Shown piece after piece: positions 1-11,564 of a DNA stretch of 20,000 bases. The stretch spans positions 57,980 through 77,979 of the forward strand of contig JAMDHS010000094.1 of NCBI GenBank assembly GCA_029717555.1, read 5' to 3'. A program made the position numbers and the translations under genes. The notes beneath the pieces are model-generated. The model ran no database searches and had not been told where the DNA came from. It was given only the letters and a program-made list of their open reading frames with translations. This DNA comes from Peribolospora baueri (taxonomy: Eukaryota). Positions within the stretch are counted from its first letter, which is position 1; each line of letters starts with the position of its first letter.

Positions 1-2229
1 CTCAGCCCTTCGACACTCTGGCGTGTGTAATTCGTCCAGATTTGGGGTAGGCGGCTGGTCAGGTAGAGAACAGTGCAGATCCAGGCGAAGATGCGACCTA
101 TGAGGCGATCCGTCGAGGCTCGATCCGACCGAGGCGGTGGCTGTTGCATTTCAGGCGGGAGTCGAGGCTGAGGGGGTTCGGTGTCAGGCGAGATCGGCGA
201 TTGTGGATAATGGTCGTCTTGGACGTGATCATCATCGGCGTCACCGGTCGTGGTGGAAACGTGATGAGGTAAGGAAAAGGACAGATTCGAACAGCGTCCC
301 GGATCCTTTCCGCCTTCTAGATCGCACGGGAGGAGACGCTGCTCATCGACGCCGATGCCGAGAGTGGGCGAAGATGAATGATAGTAGAACGAAGCGGGAT
401 GACGAGCTAAAAGAAAGGCGCTGGCTCGGTCGATGGACGACAGGGACGCGTTGACCGCCGAGATCGACGGAACAGACGTGAGTGTAGAAGATGCGGTGGA
501 GGAGAAGAACGGTGTCTCTGAAGACGGGATGACACTGCCAACTTGACGTTTATGGGCGCCCCACGCTCTGCCAGTCCCTCGCTTGTCTATAACCGAACCC
601 GCCCCAGCGGAGGGTTCGGATGGTGCCCAATAATTGCTGAAACGTCCAAGGCCGACGAGGAGCCACACGCTCATGAAGACAATGCTCGCGCTGGTCCGGC
701 CAGCGCTTGGGCTCCTGCCAGTGACCATGCTTCCGCTTCTACTCCTTGCCACCGCTGACGGTTGGAGATGGGAGCGCGCTTGGATAGATGCCGACGGCGG
801 ATGCGAGCCAGTCGGATCCGTCGTCGTGGTCCACGGAACAAGACCACCCTCTTCGGACCGGTTGGCGTCCCGATCATCCAGCAACGGCGAGAGCGCGTTG
901 GCCACCGCCGACTGAGCAGCTCTTCGGAACGTGCGGCCCCTCCTCTCGTTGCCGGAACATGAGGAAGACACAGGTGCGGACCGCCTGTCTCCGAGAGGGG
1001 CTGATCCCATGTCATCCGGAATAGGACCACGGAAAGGCGAGGACGATGGTTCTCGCGGTTTACGAGGTATTCTCCCGCCATCGCCGCGAGAGGCAACAGA
1101 CGGGTCGCGACGACATTCGTACGGCGATACCTTCCTCCGGAGGGACGTGGAAGTCCGATCCGAGAGGAGACTGGAGGTCATGTACCCTACCATATCCGCA
1201 CCCTCGTCCTCCTCCATGCTATCTTCTTCTCCTTCCCGCGCTCGTCTTCGATGCGAGTGGCCCCGTTGGCGGGATCGGCTGCCCCTCTCCAAGCTTGCTT
1301 CCTCAGCCGCCTCTGCGGCCAGCTCTGCAAGGCTGGCTGCGGCGAGGGAGAGAGCGCGGAGTGAGTCTTCGGTATGATGGTGGTGATGGTGATGGTGAGG
1401 GTGATGAGCGGGATGAGGACCGTGATATGTGCTGGGTTGGGAAGTTCTACTTGCCCTCGATGGCTGCCGTTCCAGCTCGGGACGACAGGTGGAGTGGGAG
1501 CGCACAGCGGGGTGGTGGTGGCGATGCCGGCGTATGCGCGCTCGTGATTTCGCCTTACGCCAGTAATCTGTGCAACGCGGAGACAACGAGAGAGCGGTCA
1601 ATATAGACGTGGTCAAGAACGCGTCAAATCCAGGTAGAGGGCCCATACGAGCTCACAGAAGTACTGCGTCATCAGGCACATGTCGATGAAGCAGAAGTAG
1701 GTAGCTACGGCGGTCTGCAGGTTGAGGGGAGAAAACATGGGAAACGAGAACCACTAATCAGCACCTGTGTCGTCGACGCAGCCACGGTAGGAGGAGGGCG
1801 TGGCGTCTGAATACGGTTCAATGCAGGAAAAAAAATGACGCACTTGAAAAGGTAGCTGATGCGTCAATATGCACCCGACCAGATTTGCGACATCGCCGGC
1901 CATCCAACTCATGAGGAACTGCATGCTCAGTCCTTCCACATCCCCGCGTCGTGCATTCTCTAGAATTTGCCTAAGAGAATAGAAGAGTGGAAAACAGGAG
2001 CCAGTCGTGAAAGACGAACGGGTTGGTAAGAATGTATGCATGATTGACGTCCACGCGCCCCGCCTGCCGCCCGTCCTCCCATGCATTTCGATCACAAGAG
2101 GTGGGGTAAAAAAGGTGGGGAGGGGCGAATAACTCACGGAAACTGTGCACCAAGCCAAGCAATGAAGCTAGCTGTGCCGAAGGCATCGCTCAACGACTGA
2201 GATGTCCAAGCGCCAGCGACATTGAGCAT
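1..2229 (-). CDS. PQ-loop repeat vacuolar/lysosomal cationic amino acid transporter (Ypq1/PQLC2 family); 3' end outside window
   Basis: Exons 2229-2138, 1970-1844, 1714-1657, 1567-<1 with GT-AG introns in consistent phase. Translation MLNVAGAW...AWLGAQFP/QILENARRGDVEGLSMQFLMSWMAGDVANLVGCILTHQLPFQ/TAVATYFCFID. Second PQ loop IGRIFAWICTVLYLTSRLPQIWTNYTRQSVEGL lies at the window start, after a long low-complexity linker. Confidence 0.92.
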
Positions 2230-2725
2230 GGCAGCGCGGGCGGCGGGGAAGGAGAGGCGGCGTGATCGCAGGCGGGGATAGACAAGGGGAACGAGTCAAG
2301 CTCAAATACCGACGAGACCAGCAGAAGCGGATGGAAAGGGGGATGCGGTGGGTGGAGGTGAGGAAGAGAACATGCGATATAGACGATACAGCTGGCTGGG
2401 CTGTCGACCGTCGTGTGAGAGGCGACGGCCCGGAGCGATAGCAGATAAAGCCCAGCAGATCTCCTTCCTCACGTGGACACCCGCGCTCCCGACCCGGCAT
2501 ATCGCCGCAGCAAGGATATGAGCCGGGGATTTCGAACTTGAACTGCGGCACAAGCGGATACGGATCGGGAGTCAGCCATTGCTCCAACTTGGTTCTCTTT
2601 GCCTACCGAACTGGCCCCTTCGCTCTTCCACTTTGCCCGGCTAGCTCTCCTTCGCTCTTCTAGCTGCTGCCTCTGAGCTCTGCTAGGCGACTCTCCGTGA
2701 GCGGTTGGTCAGGTCGGGAGATGCG

Positions 2726-4717
2726 ATGTGCAGATTATTAGGTGTGTGACCGCTGATAACGATACTCCGTCGCTCGCACGACTTGACCTGACCGAATCGA
2801 CCGGCCTGAATGTCGTCGCTCTTCTCCTCGCAGTATTCAAGGGCGCCGAACCTATTCAGCTCCAGCATTTGATCACCAAGCCGTGTCACAGCATCATCAA
2901 TCAGGTGGGCCCGACATGGCATGTATGGCCAAACGGACAAAGTCGTGCTCACTTCGTTGATCCGCCCGTTTCGTCTTGTTTGGTCAACCGAAGGCGTTTG
3001 ATTCGAGGCTGAGGCTGGATGCCACCCGCTCGGTGAACGTGAGCCTTGCACCAAGTCTTTGGTATGGGGCTGAGGCAGCATTTACTAACTTTGGCTCTTC
3101 GTCTCGCTTGGCCATGCTAGGGCGATGGGTTTGGAGTGGGCTGGTACGACTCGGTCGAAGACCAGGAGCTGGGCCAAGCTCCGGTGAGTCAGAGGCGGAT
3201 GGAGACATTAAACATGAGAGCGTCTGTGCTCAACAGGGCACACTTTCCTTTATCCACCGGGGCGCATTAGTGCATCTTCACCTCGGTGACGCCGGCATGG
3301 AATAACCAAAACCTGCATCGACTGGCGGAGAAGATCAAATCGCCCCTAGTATTGTGAGCGGCCTACTGTTCTGTGATCGTAGCCAGGTGCGACTGCTGAC
3401 GGGTGATGATCTTGCCTCGTCGTTGCCTACCTCATGCCCGGACAGCGCCCATGTCAGAGCCAGCACGGCCGGTGCGCTGTCGGAAACGAATTGTCATCCG
3501 TGGCGGTTCGGGAAGTTGATGTGGTAAGGAAGGCGTGCTGACAGTAGTCTCGTTGGATCTTATATGAACTTTTAATTTCTTCTTTTGGTCAGGATGCACA
3601 ACGGCTCTCTTGGCGACTTCAACCTGTACAAGCGTCGACTACAAGAATCGCTGACCGACGAGCTCTTCCTTTTCCCTCAAGGAAATACGGATTCCGAGTG
3701 GGCGTTCGCCGTGTTTCTGGGCAAGCTCGACGACCCGAGAAAGCACGAGTTTACGCATCAGGAGCTGAAACAGGCCATGTTGGAGACGATCAAGCAGCTG
3801 AACGCGTGGGCGGAGGAAGTGGGAAGCAAAGAGGTGAGTCTCGTGCTTTCATCGGCGTCGCAGGGGAAGACTCACTTTAGACGACTCGCTCTTTTCTCTC
3901 TCGCAGCCATCGCTCATGAACTTTTGTGTTACCGACGGCCGGTCGGTGGTATGTACTCGCTACATCTCTTCGAGGACGGAGGAAGCGGCTTCTCTGGTGA
4001 GTGCGCGTTGTGTTCGCAGTAGGGCGGCATTTGAGGATGGAGGTGGGAAGTTGATGAACGGTTGCACCGTGTAGTATTTTTCTTCCGGGACGAGCTTTGA
4101 CGAGTACAAGGAAGGTGGATTCTATCGGATGGTGAAGGCGGACAAGCGAGAGAAGATCATCCTGGTGGCAAGCGAGCCGCTGACATTCGAGAAGGGTGGG
4201 TGAGATGGGGCTGTGTTGGCGTCGCTCGTTCTTTGCTTTGCGGTCGTCGCTGATTCGGCCAACGGTGGTGACGACGGACGGACAGCGGATTGGATGGAAA
4301 TCCCGACGAACACGCTCCTCTGCATTACGCCCAAAGTGAGTACGGAGTGGCGTTGGCATGAGGATGGGTCGAATGGAAGCTCAACTAGCTACGCTGGGGC
4401 AGATGAACGTTTTGCAGCAACCGATCGTGGACCAATACTACATACCGCCGGCTCGTCTTCGGTCCACGTCATCATCGACGGCGGCACCGGCAGGACGACA
4501 GGCGAACTTTGCGACGCAAAAGGGTTTCCCACCGGCTTCTCAGGTCAACGCGTTGCACGCAGAGGACGTCAAAGCTTTCAAGGCGGGCTTGACAGAGAAT
4601 GGGACGAAGCGGGGACCTGGATCAGGACCTGGATTGGCCCACGGGCACGCGGCGATGAGGCCGACGGGCGTTGGCATGCCGGCGTCGATCAGGGTGGGCG
4701 GAGGTGGAGAGCGTTGA
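2726..4717 (+). CDS. DUG3: Class II (Ntn) glutamine amidotransferase DUG3, glutathione degradation
   Basis: 11 exons: 2726-2741, 2834-2904, 2994-3038, 3121-3183, 3271-3353, 3446-3523, 3593-3833, 3907-3996, 4075-4195, 4286-4335, 4403-4717. N-terminal MCR nucleophile; motifs NGDGFGVGWYD, PAWNNQNL, FAHVRAST, NCHPW, WMHNG, GNTDSEW, SLMNFCVTDG, VASEPLTFE. Confidence 0.95.
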
Positions 4718-5282
4718 AGGGCGGGTGGTTGGGTGGGTGGTTGGATTGGGAAGGATGGCGGGGCGTGTGGCCGATGGACATTATGGATGCATTCCGGATA
4801 CGCTCGCTTGGCTGTTTGCTCGGCTCTGTCTGTACTAATGATCAATGAAAGAGGGTTAGGATCACGAGACGTGATATGATATGATGGGACAGGCGGCACG
4901 AACGGCGAAAGGAGGATGCTGAGGTGGCGCGGTGGGCTGTGCGCGGTGCGGTTGGCGAACGTGTGTACGCACGCACGCACGGTCGTGGGCCGGGCTTGCT
5001 TGACTTAGCCGCCGGGCACGGCCGCAGCGGGAGCGGAGGGGCGGTTGGATATACAAGGGCGCTGACTGGCTGGATGTGAGGAGGGTAGGTGACGTACAAA
5101 GGTATACGTACTTACGTCGTGGCGTCGCCCGCATCGCGAGTCGGTGAGTGGGTGTGGGGTGGACGCTGTCACACCCGCGTCGCACCCGCACTTTTCTTCT
5201 CCGCTTGGCTTCGCGGCGCATTCGGAAAGCATGGTCCACGCGGTGCGACGTCGGAGGCAAAAGCGAGGGCGAGCCATTGGGA

Positions 5283-5402
5283 AGCGACGCAATGCGATGT
5301 GCATCGATGTGATGCGCAGCGATGTGATGCGACGCAGTGCAGTGCGGTGCGTGCAACGCTATGAGATGCGAAGCAATGTGATGCGCGATGCAATGTGATG
5401 CA
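5283..5402. repeat. Degenerate pentamer microsatellite (GATGC/GATGT/AGTGC-like)
   Basis: gcgatgtgcatcgatgtgatgcgcagcgatgtgatgcgacgcagtgcagtgcggtgc... Confidence 0.7.
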
Positions 5403-5447
5403 CCCCGGCCAATTCCACCGAGGGCGCATCCATCCGGTGTCCGTGTC

Positions 5448-5546
5448 CTTCCGTCTCTATCCATTCATTCATCCGTCTATCTATCTATCCATTCATCTAT
5501 CCATCCGCCCATCCATCCGTCCGCCCATCCCATCATCCGTTTATCC
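5448..5546. repeat. Degenerate (ATCC/ATCT)n tetramer microsatellite
   Basis: ccattcattcatccgtctatctatctatccattcatctatccatccgcccatccatcc. Confidence 0.75.
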
Positions 5547-6745
5547 AACGCGTCGGGTCGAGTGCTGAGCACTTGGGTGTCAAGTGGCCGACTCCGACTC
5601 CGGCTCAACCGCTGGGCTGGCTGGCTGGTGTCGAGTCACTCATCACTCACTCACTTGGTTCGGTCCGCGCCCCGCCGAGTCGCCGTCGGCCGCCGTCGGT
5701 CGCCGCTGGCAGCCAGCCAGCTTAGCTGCGGGGTTAGGTCAGGTCAGTGCGGCGACGGTGATCGCACGTCCATCCGCCCGCACAGCACCGCGCGTTCGGC
5801 CACCAGCCGAGGCCGGCCCGGCCACGCGAGCGGGTCGTTCGGCGTCGGTCCGACGATCCCATAGTAATCCCCCGCCATGCCGCCCGTCGCCCTCGGCCCG
5901 AGCCCACAGAAAGCGCCGACATGTCCATCTCCTTACGGCGACGGCAGCCAAGCCGGCCAGTCCGGCGACTGGGCGAGCGTGAGCGGTGGCCATCGCACAA
6001 GATCGGTCCGATCGATCGCCTGTCCGCCCGACATACGACCGGCCCTTTCTTGCACGCTGGCAAGGGCAAGGATGAGCTAGGTCCGATGCAAGCCTGATCT
6101 CTATACAATATACAACGTCTTGCGACGCCATGGACCGACGACCACGGCCGGAAGTGACCTCTAGCCCGTGGATGATTCCCGATGGTGCCCGATCGGGCGG
6201 ACAGGACAAGTACAGGACAGGACAGAGCAGGACAGGCTAGAGCAGGCTAGACCGAGCGAGGATGGAAGGAGGGACGAAGGATGGTGGCGACTAGGAGGAA
6301 TCGTAGCCGACCGAGCGCGCGCTCTTTTCCGTCTCTCCGCTCAGCACAGCGCAGTGCAATTGAAGCTAGCTGGTTAGCTAGTTCTTGTCACCGCCGTTCC
6401 CAGACCGACCAAAGACATCAGCGCCTCCGCTGTCAGTCACCGCCTCCCGCATCCGCCGCCCGCATCCGCCTTCGCTTTCCCTGCCGTCTCCGCCTTCGTC
6501 TCCGCTTCCGCCTCCGCTTCCCCTTCTGCCTCCTCCTATTCCCTGGACCGCCGACCTTCTCCCCGTCCTCCTCGACGCGCGGCCACCGAAACCCCGGGCG
6601 GGGCAGCGGACCACGACCGCCGCGAGAGAGACAAAGACAGAAAGCAAATGTATAAAAGCCCACCCCAACCTTGCCTCTCTCACCCTCTCTCCTCCTCATC
6701 CCGCTCACCCCCTCTCTTATCGTCCAGACCCACCCGCCTTTCGCC

Positions 6746-8161
6746 ATGACCGTCAACGGCACCCACTCCCTTCTCCCTGACGCCAACGGCACCTCGCGCC
6801 CCCTTCCCGGAGGTGTCTACGTCCCCGTACCCACTCCCTTCCGCTCCGATGGCTCCGAGGACCTCGATCTCGTCGCCTGGAAGGATCACATTCTCAGGAT
6901 GGCCCGAGCTGGCGTCGGCCTCGTCGTCATGGGCACTACCGGCGAAGGTGAGTCGACGACCGGTGCCGGGACAACTCTACAAAGCAGTGCCCTCCGCTCA
7001 CCTATATCCATTCTTCCACCCAGCCTCCCACCTCTCCAGAGACGAGCGCTACACCCTCATCTCCACCGCTCGACGCGCCATCGATGCTGCCTCCCTCACC
7101 ACCCCCATCATCGCCGGCACAGGCACCGGCTCCCTCAAGGAAACCATCGCCCTTTCCCAAGACGCCGCCCGCGCCGGCGCAGACGCCGTGATCGTCATCT
7201 CTCCAGGCTACTTTGCCAACGCCATCGCCAGGGACAGAAAGGCCCTCGTCCAGTTCTTCCAGGCAGTCGCTCAACACAGCCATGTCCCCGTCATGATCTA
7301 CAACTTTCCTGCCTCTGTGAGTTTTCCGCGTGCTCGCCTACCGAGTCTCCCCTCTGTGCTGGAAAGCGCATAGTTTGTCTCTCCCCGCCCATGCCCCTCT
7401 TTCTTCTCACCTCACCCTTTCTCTTCCTCTTCCTCTTCCTTTCGACTCTTCCCACCGTTCCTACAGGCCGCTGGAATCGATCTTGACAGCGACCTGCTCG
7501 AGGAAATCGCCCAACATCCTAACATCTGCGGAGCCAAAGTACGTGCCCCGTACGGTGGTACGGTGCCTCCATGCGCGTCCGAACGCCGCCCGTGATCCTC
7601 TTCTCACCCTCCTTCCCCTTCTCCTCGCCCTCCCTCCAGCTCACCTGCGCCATGATCGGCAAAGGCCATCGTCTCTCCCTCTCCCGCCTCGCTGCCTCCA
7701 CGCCTTCCAACCCTTTCCACGTCTTTCCCGGTTATGGCGACATCGTCCTCCCCGCCCTCGTCTCCCGCCACACCGGCGTCATCGCCGGCACCGGAAACCT
7801 CTGCCCCCGCCTCCTCCTTCGCGCTTACGATCGCGCCGCCCTTGCTCTTGGTCTTGACCCTCAGCGCGGCGCCCCGGCAAAGAAAAAGGCCAGCGCGGAA
7901 GAGCGCATGGACGCACTAGAGGAGGCTCAGAAGCTGCAGGACCTCCTCTCCCGCGCCGACTGGGCCATGTCCAAGATCGGCATTCCCGGCGCCAAGTGGG
8001 CCATCGGCAGGTATTACAACCCTTACGGCCCTCCCAGGAAGCCTTTGCAGCCATTTGAGGACGAGGAGAAGATCAAGGCGTTCGAACGCGAGTTGGAAGA
8101 GGCGATGGAGATGGAGAGACAGTTGGAGGAGGCCGACGGCGTGACGCCTGCGAGGATTTGA
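6746..8161 (+). CDS. Dihydrodipicolinate synthase-family class I aldolase (L-threo-3-deoxy-hexylosonate aldolase / HOGA-like)
   Basis: Exons 6746-6947, 7024-7316, 7467-7538, 7640-8161. Motifs GVYVPVPTPF, VVMGTTGEA, IIAGTG, GADAVIVISPGYF, PVMIYNFP, GIDLDSD, and Schiff-base Lys in NICGAK/LT. Confidence 0.93.
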
Positions 8162-9495
8162 GTCGACCGTCGCCGATTCCCCGCCGCCGTCATCACCCTC
8201 TGTCCTCTCCATCTAGAGTTGCAAGGCGCGGGCGGCGGTAGTTTTCTACCGCATCCAGCTTCATTTTTTTTTTTTTTCTTTTCTTCCATCTCCTCTCGCT
8301 TGACCCGCTCCGGCCGTCGACGTTTTCCGCCTCTTGACGCCAGCACCGGCTCAACTGCTCCATGCCCGCCACTCCCGCCATTCGTCCCGCTTTGTCACCT
8401 TCCCGTATGATCTAGTTCTTTCGTCGTCCGCCGTATTATTCGGCTAGCCACGGCTTCTCTTGAGTCCCCTTCGCACTCGTTCTTCTCGCCGTCTTCCTCA
8501 ACGTCGCCGGCCTACTCGGCTCGACCCTCGACCTGTCCTCTTGCCTCCTTCTTGTCTAGTCCACTCCGGATGCTTGTCGCCGCCACCCTCCATCCGCAGC
8601 TCGCTTCGGCACACCATCGTCGTCCACCAAACATAGAGCTTTTCGGCTGTCGTCATCCCCATCCTCGACCATTCTCTCCACTGCGGGCCATCATAACCCA
8701 CCCGACGCACGCCAGTGGTGCCACCATCATCATCAGCTATGTTCCCGACGACTACCAGCTCACCCTGCTGCTGTTTGCATCGTCTTGCTGCCATGGTCAT
8801 CTCCGCTTTCTCACCCTTCGTTCCCTGCCTCTTGCCACCCCCAACCTGTGCCCTCGTGTTCCTCCCTGTATACTAGTTTCAGACAATACGAGTACGGCGT
8901 CGTTGTCAACGACGACCGGAGATCAGAACATGAGACAACATTAAGAGGCCACCGACGCTGTCCCCATCTCCTTGCTCTCAAGTCAGCTGGTCATTGGAAT
9001 GGTTATGCTCACATCAGTGGACCGTGCGTCATCTGCATGCTTTTGTAATTGTAATGTCTGCGCAGAGCAACAATGAATGCAATTCCTCTTGCGTCACCCG
9101 ACCGGTGTTTTGGTTCTTACCGATTGAGTTTAGGTTCATGAATTCGGTGTGATCATTTTTCCACTCTGACATCTTGGCGCCGACAACAGGAAGAATGACG
9201 TGCATCAGCGGTGCGTTCCTCTCTTCCACAAAACTGGGCCAGGCCGGCCGAGAAGAAGGTCATTCACCGCATCATCTCAGTCTTTTCAGCGAATTCGTCA
9301 CACTCCCTTGTCTTTCTGAGGACAGACAGGATGCTGCTCTTCAGCGATACGCATTCCTCTTTCAGCGAGGGGGAAGCGTTCCCTTCATCTATAAAACTGG
9401 CCGGCCAACAACGAAGACGGACGTCCACCGATCGGCTCGCCCACCTCGCTGTCATCATCGACGTTGCTCCTATTCTTTCGCTCTCACCTTTGAAA

Positions 9496-9859
9496 ATGTC
9501 CGGTGGCGTCCCTGGCTCTGCCAAATGTCTCTCTTGCCGACGAATTTTCATCTCGGCAGCTTCTCAAGAAGCATTATGCAGAGGTGCACGCCTTGGAAGT
9601 GCAGGTAAGCTCGTCTTATGTGTTCTCCCCAGGCAGGGCCTCTGTGACGAGGCGGACAGAGCACACACCATTTGTGTGTCCTCTTGCTGGCTTTATTTTG
9701 CGTCGGCGAACCATGCTATATTTCTCCACCACGTCAGCCAACATCGGCCATCGACAATGACGACAGAAGGGTTCCCAAGCGATCCTCCCAGCACGTCGGC
9801 CGCACCCGTGTCTCCCACCCCCACGGTTGCTTCTTCGGCCATCGATCCCCTGTGGCTCC
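9496..9859 (+). pseudogene. Degenerate C2H2 zinc-finger gene or transposon relic interrupted by telomere repeats
   Basis: TATAAAA ~9390 and ATG at 9496. CLSC in one frame continues as DEFSSRQLLKKHYAEVH (F-x5-L-x2-H-x4-H) in the next frame. A second finger, PFVCP/CWLYFASANHAIFLHHVSQH, is also split between frames. Confidence 0.45.
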
Positions 9860-9876
9860 TTAGGGTTAGGGTTAGG
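9860..9876 (+). repeat. Interstitial telomeric repeat TTAGGGTTAGGGTTAGG
   Basis: 17-nt perfect match to the terminal repeat, in the same orientation. Confidence 0.85.
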
Positions 9877-10048
9877 CCACTGTCTTCGGTCCATTGGGGA
9901 AAATGCCATCGACGTCGACGGCGGTCAGAACATGGGTTTCTACAAGAACGGCGAATGTCCGAATGCTCAGTCGGCAGTGAATATATTGTCGTCAGTTCTT
10001 GTCCTCTGTCCCCGATAGAATCGCACATCGAGCCCGCGACCGTCGGGG

Positions 10049-10692
10049 AATGGTGAAGAGGCTCTGGTGCGCACGCTATACGGGCCGATCCCATTGTCTC
10101 AAGCCCGTCACTGGCCTCTGCAAGCGTCGGCAAAGTCGCTCGAGGCGTACGCGGCGCCGCGTGGCGGTAGGCTTCCCAAGGAGGAAGAGCTGAGGCTGTT
10201 CATGGACCGTCAGGAGGAGCAAGGCGGGAGCGTCAAGGTGACGGGCAGGAACGTCGGCTTTGAGAGGTGGCATCCCGTTCCGTGAGGGTTTTTTGTTTTC
10301 GCTTTGCTCCTCCGAGTTGAAGAAGACGAAGAAGCATCGCTAAACTTTTGTAATTCCCTTCGCCCTCGCCCTCGCCCTCGCCTGTCGTTCTCACTGACCA
10401 CGACAGTCCCCGTCTGCCATCGAAAGACCGGCACACCGGGATCGCCACTCCAGGCCACAACGGCGGTGTGTGGGAGTGGACGTCGACGCAGTTCCTAGCT
10501 CACGAAGGTTTCGTCCCGTCCAAGCTATACCCCGGCTACAGGTGAGTCGTCCGTCCGTCTGTCTGTCCATCACGTCGTCGCCGTCCTTGAGCCGACTAGC
10601 CGACTAGCCATCTCCCTTTTTTCTCGACCGGTGGTTGTTTGACCCCGATTAGCGCCGACTTCCACGACGGTTCCCACCTCGTCGTCCTCGGC
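10049..10692 (+). pseudogene. EGT1: Ergothioneine biosynthesis protein Egt1, partial C-terminal FGE-sulfatase domain
   Basis: Exons ~10049-10281, 10407-10541, 10653-~10692: VRTLYGPIPL...HWP...GGRLPKEEELRLF...NVGFERWHPVP/PRLP...GHNGGVWEWTST...LYPGYS/ADFHDGSHLVVLG. No upstream methyltransferase or DinB exons and no GGS-x-AT...RNWYQ ending are visible. Confidence 0.85.
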
Positions 10693-10960
10693 ACGTGTTT
10701 GCCGGAGGTAGAGTAACTTGGGACATGTGATTTTTGGTTTGAATTGCGGTGGTGAGACGACGCGGAGGGGAGGGTGGCGTCAAAGGGTGAGGAAGAAAGA
10801 AGTACCGTACGATGGCTGTCGTTCCAGTTCTCTCCGAGTGGTGGTTGTTTGTGCCCTGTGTATATGAAGAGCGGTTGACCTATTTTTGGTAATCTCTCCT
10901 CCAATCGCGGCCCGAGAGTGGCCGGTCCCGAATATGGGACGAGTTTGATCTCTCCCTCCC
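10693..10960 (-). pseudogene. Unidentified spliced coding fragment
   Basis: Protein-like GEIKLVPYSGPATLGPRLEERLPKIGQPLFIYTGHKQPPLGENWNDSH, then a GTACGG...CCCAAG intron, then LTLPPANT abutting the EGT1 fragment. A possible upstream exon ending HSNTAKLF lies near 11258. Confidence 0.4.
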
Positions 10961-11161
10961 CGCATTATTGTCCCTTTTTCTTTTTCCGTTTTCCTTCCTT
11001 GGGACGAGACGTGAGAAAAACGATTTAGTCAGCTCGTTCATCTCTTCTGGATTGAGCGAAAAGGAATAAGCGACCAAACGCTTCGACCATTCACTTTTCT
11101 CCTCGGCCTCTTTCCTCTCGAGGACGGCCGTGATGTGATGTGATGGGGGAAGAAAGGGGGG

Positions 11162-11252
11162 AAGAGAGAGAGAGAGAGAGAGGAGAGATGGAACAAGAAT
11201 TTCCCCCTTTTACTTTTATTTTTTTCTGTGTGTGTGTGTGTGTGTGTGTGTG
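11162..11252. repeat. (GA)n and (TG)n dinucleotide microsatellites
   Basis: (AG) run ~11163-11182 and (TG)13 at 11227-11252. Confidence 0.9.
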
Positions 11253-11469
11253 ACGGACAAACAGCTTGGCTGTGTTGGAGTGCCCACGAGGCGAGGTTGG
11301 TCTCACGACGAGCGCACCTCGAGCTCGTGCTCGTGCCGGTGCTAGCCGCATAGGAAAAATCGACAGACCCGAGGGATGGCGTAGAGATAGGTCGAACGGA
11401 CGGAAGGGACGTAGAGCGGGGATTGCGAGGGCGAGATGGAGGGGGGGGGGGGTTAGAAAGCGAGTTTCG

Positions 11470-11564
11470 GTTTCGTTCGTTCGTTCGGTCGTTCAGTCGG
11501 TCGTTCGTGGGAAAGACGATGGACGATGATGGACTGAGGGATCGAATCGAATCGAATCGAATCG
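11470..11564. repeat. (CGTT)n and (GAATC)n microsatellites
   Basis: ttcgttcgttcgttcggtcgttc and atcgaatcgaatcgaatcgaatcg. Confidence 0.8.

Noticed and set aside
137..1606. Plus-strand ORFs
   Set aside because: Antisense shadows of the long PQ-loop exon.
4720..6740. Many overlapping ORFs in the 2-kb intergenic region
   Set aside because: GC-rich and microsatellite-derived with no recognisable domain or coherent splice model.
9860..9876. Telomerase RNA template (CCUAACCCUAACCCUAA on the minus strand)
   Set aside because: Nearly three repeats is longer than a typical ~1.5-repeat template, it sits at a junction of gene relics, and I could not recognise a pseudoknot or CR4/5 element.
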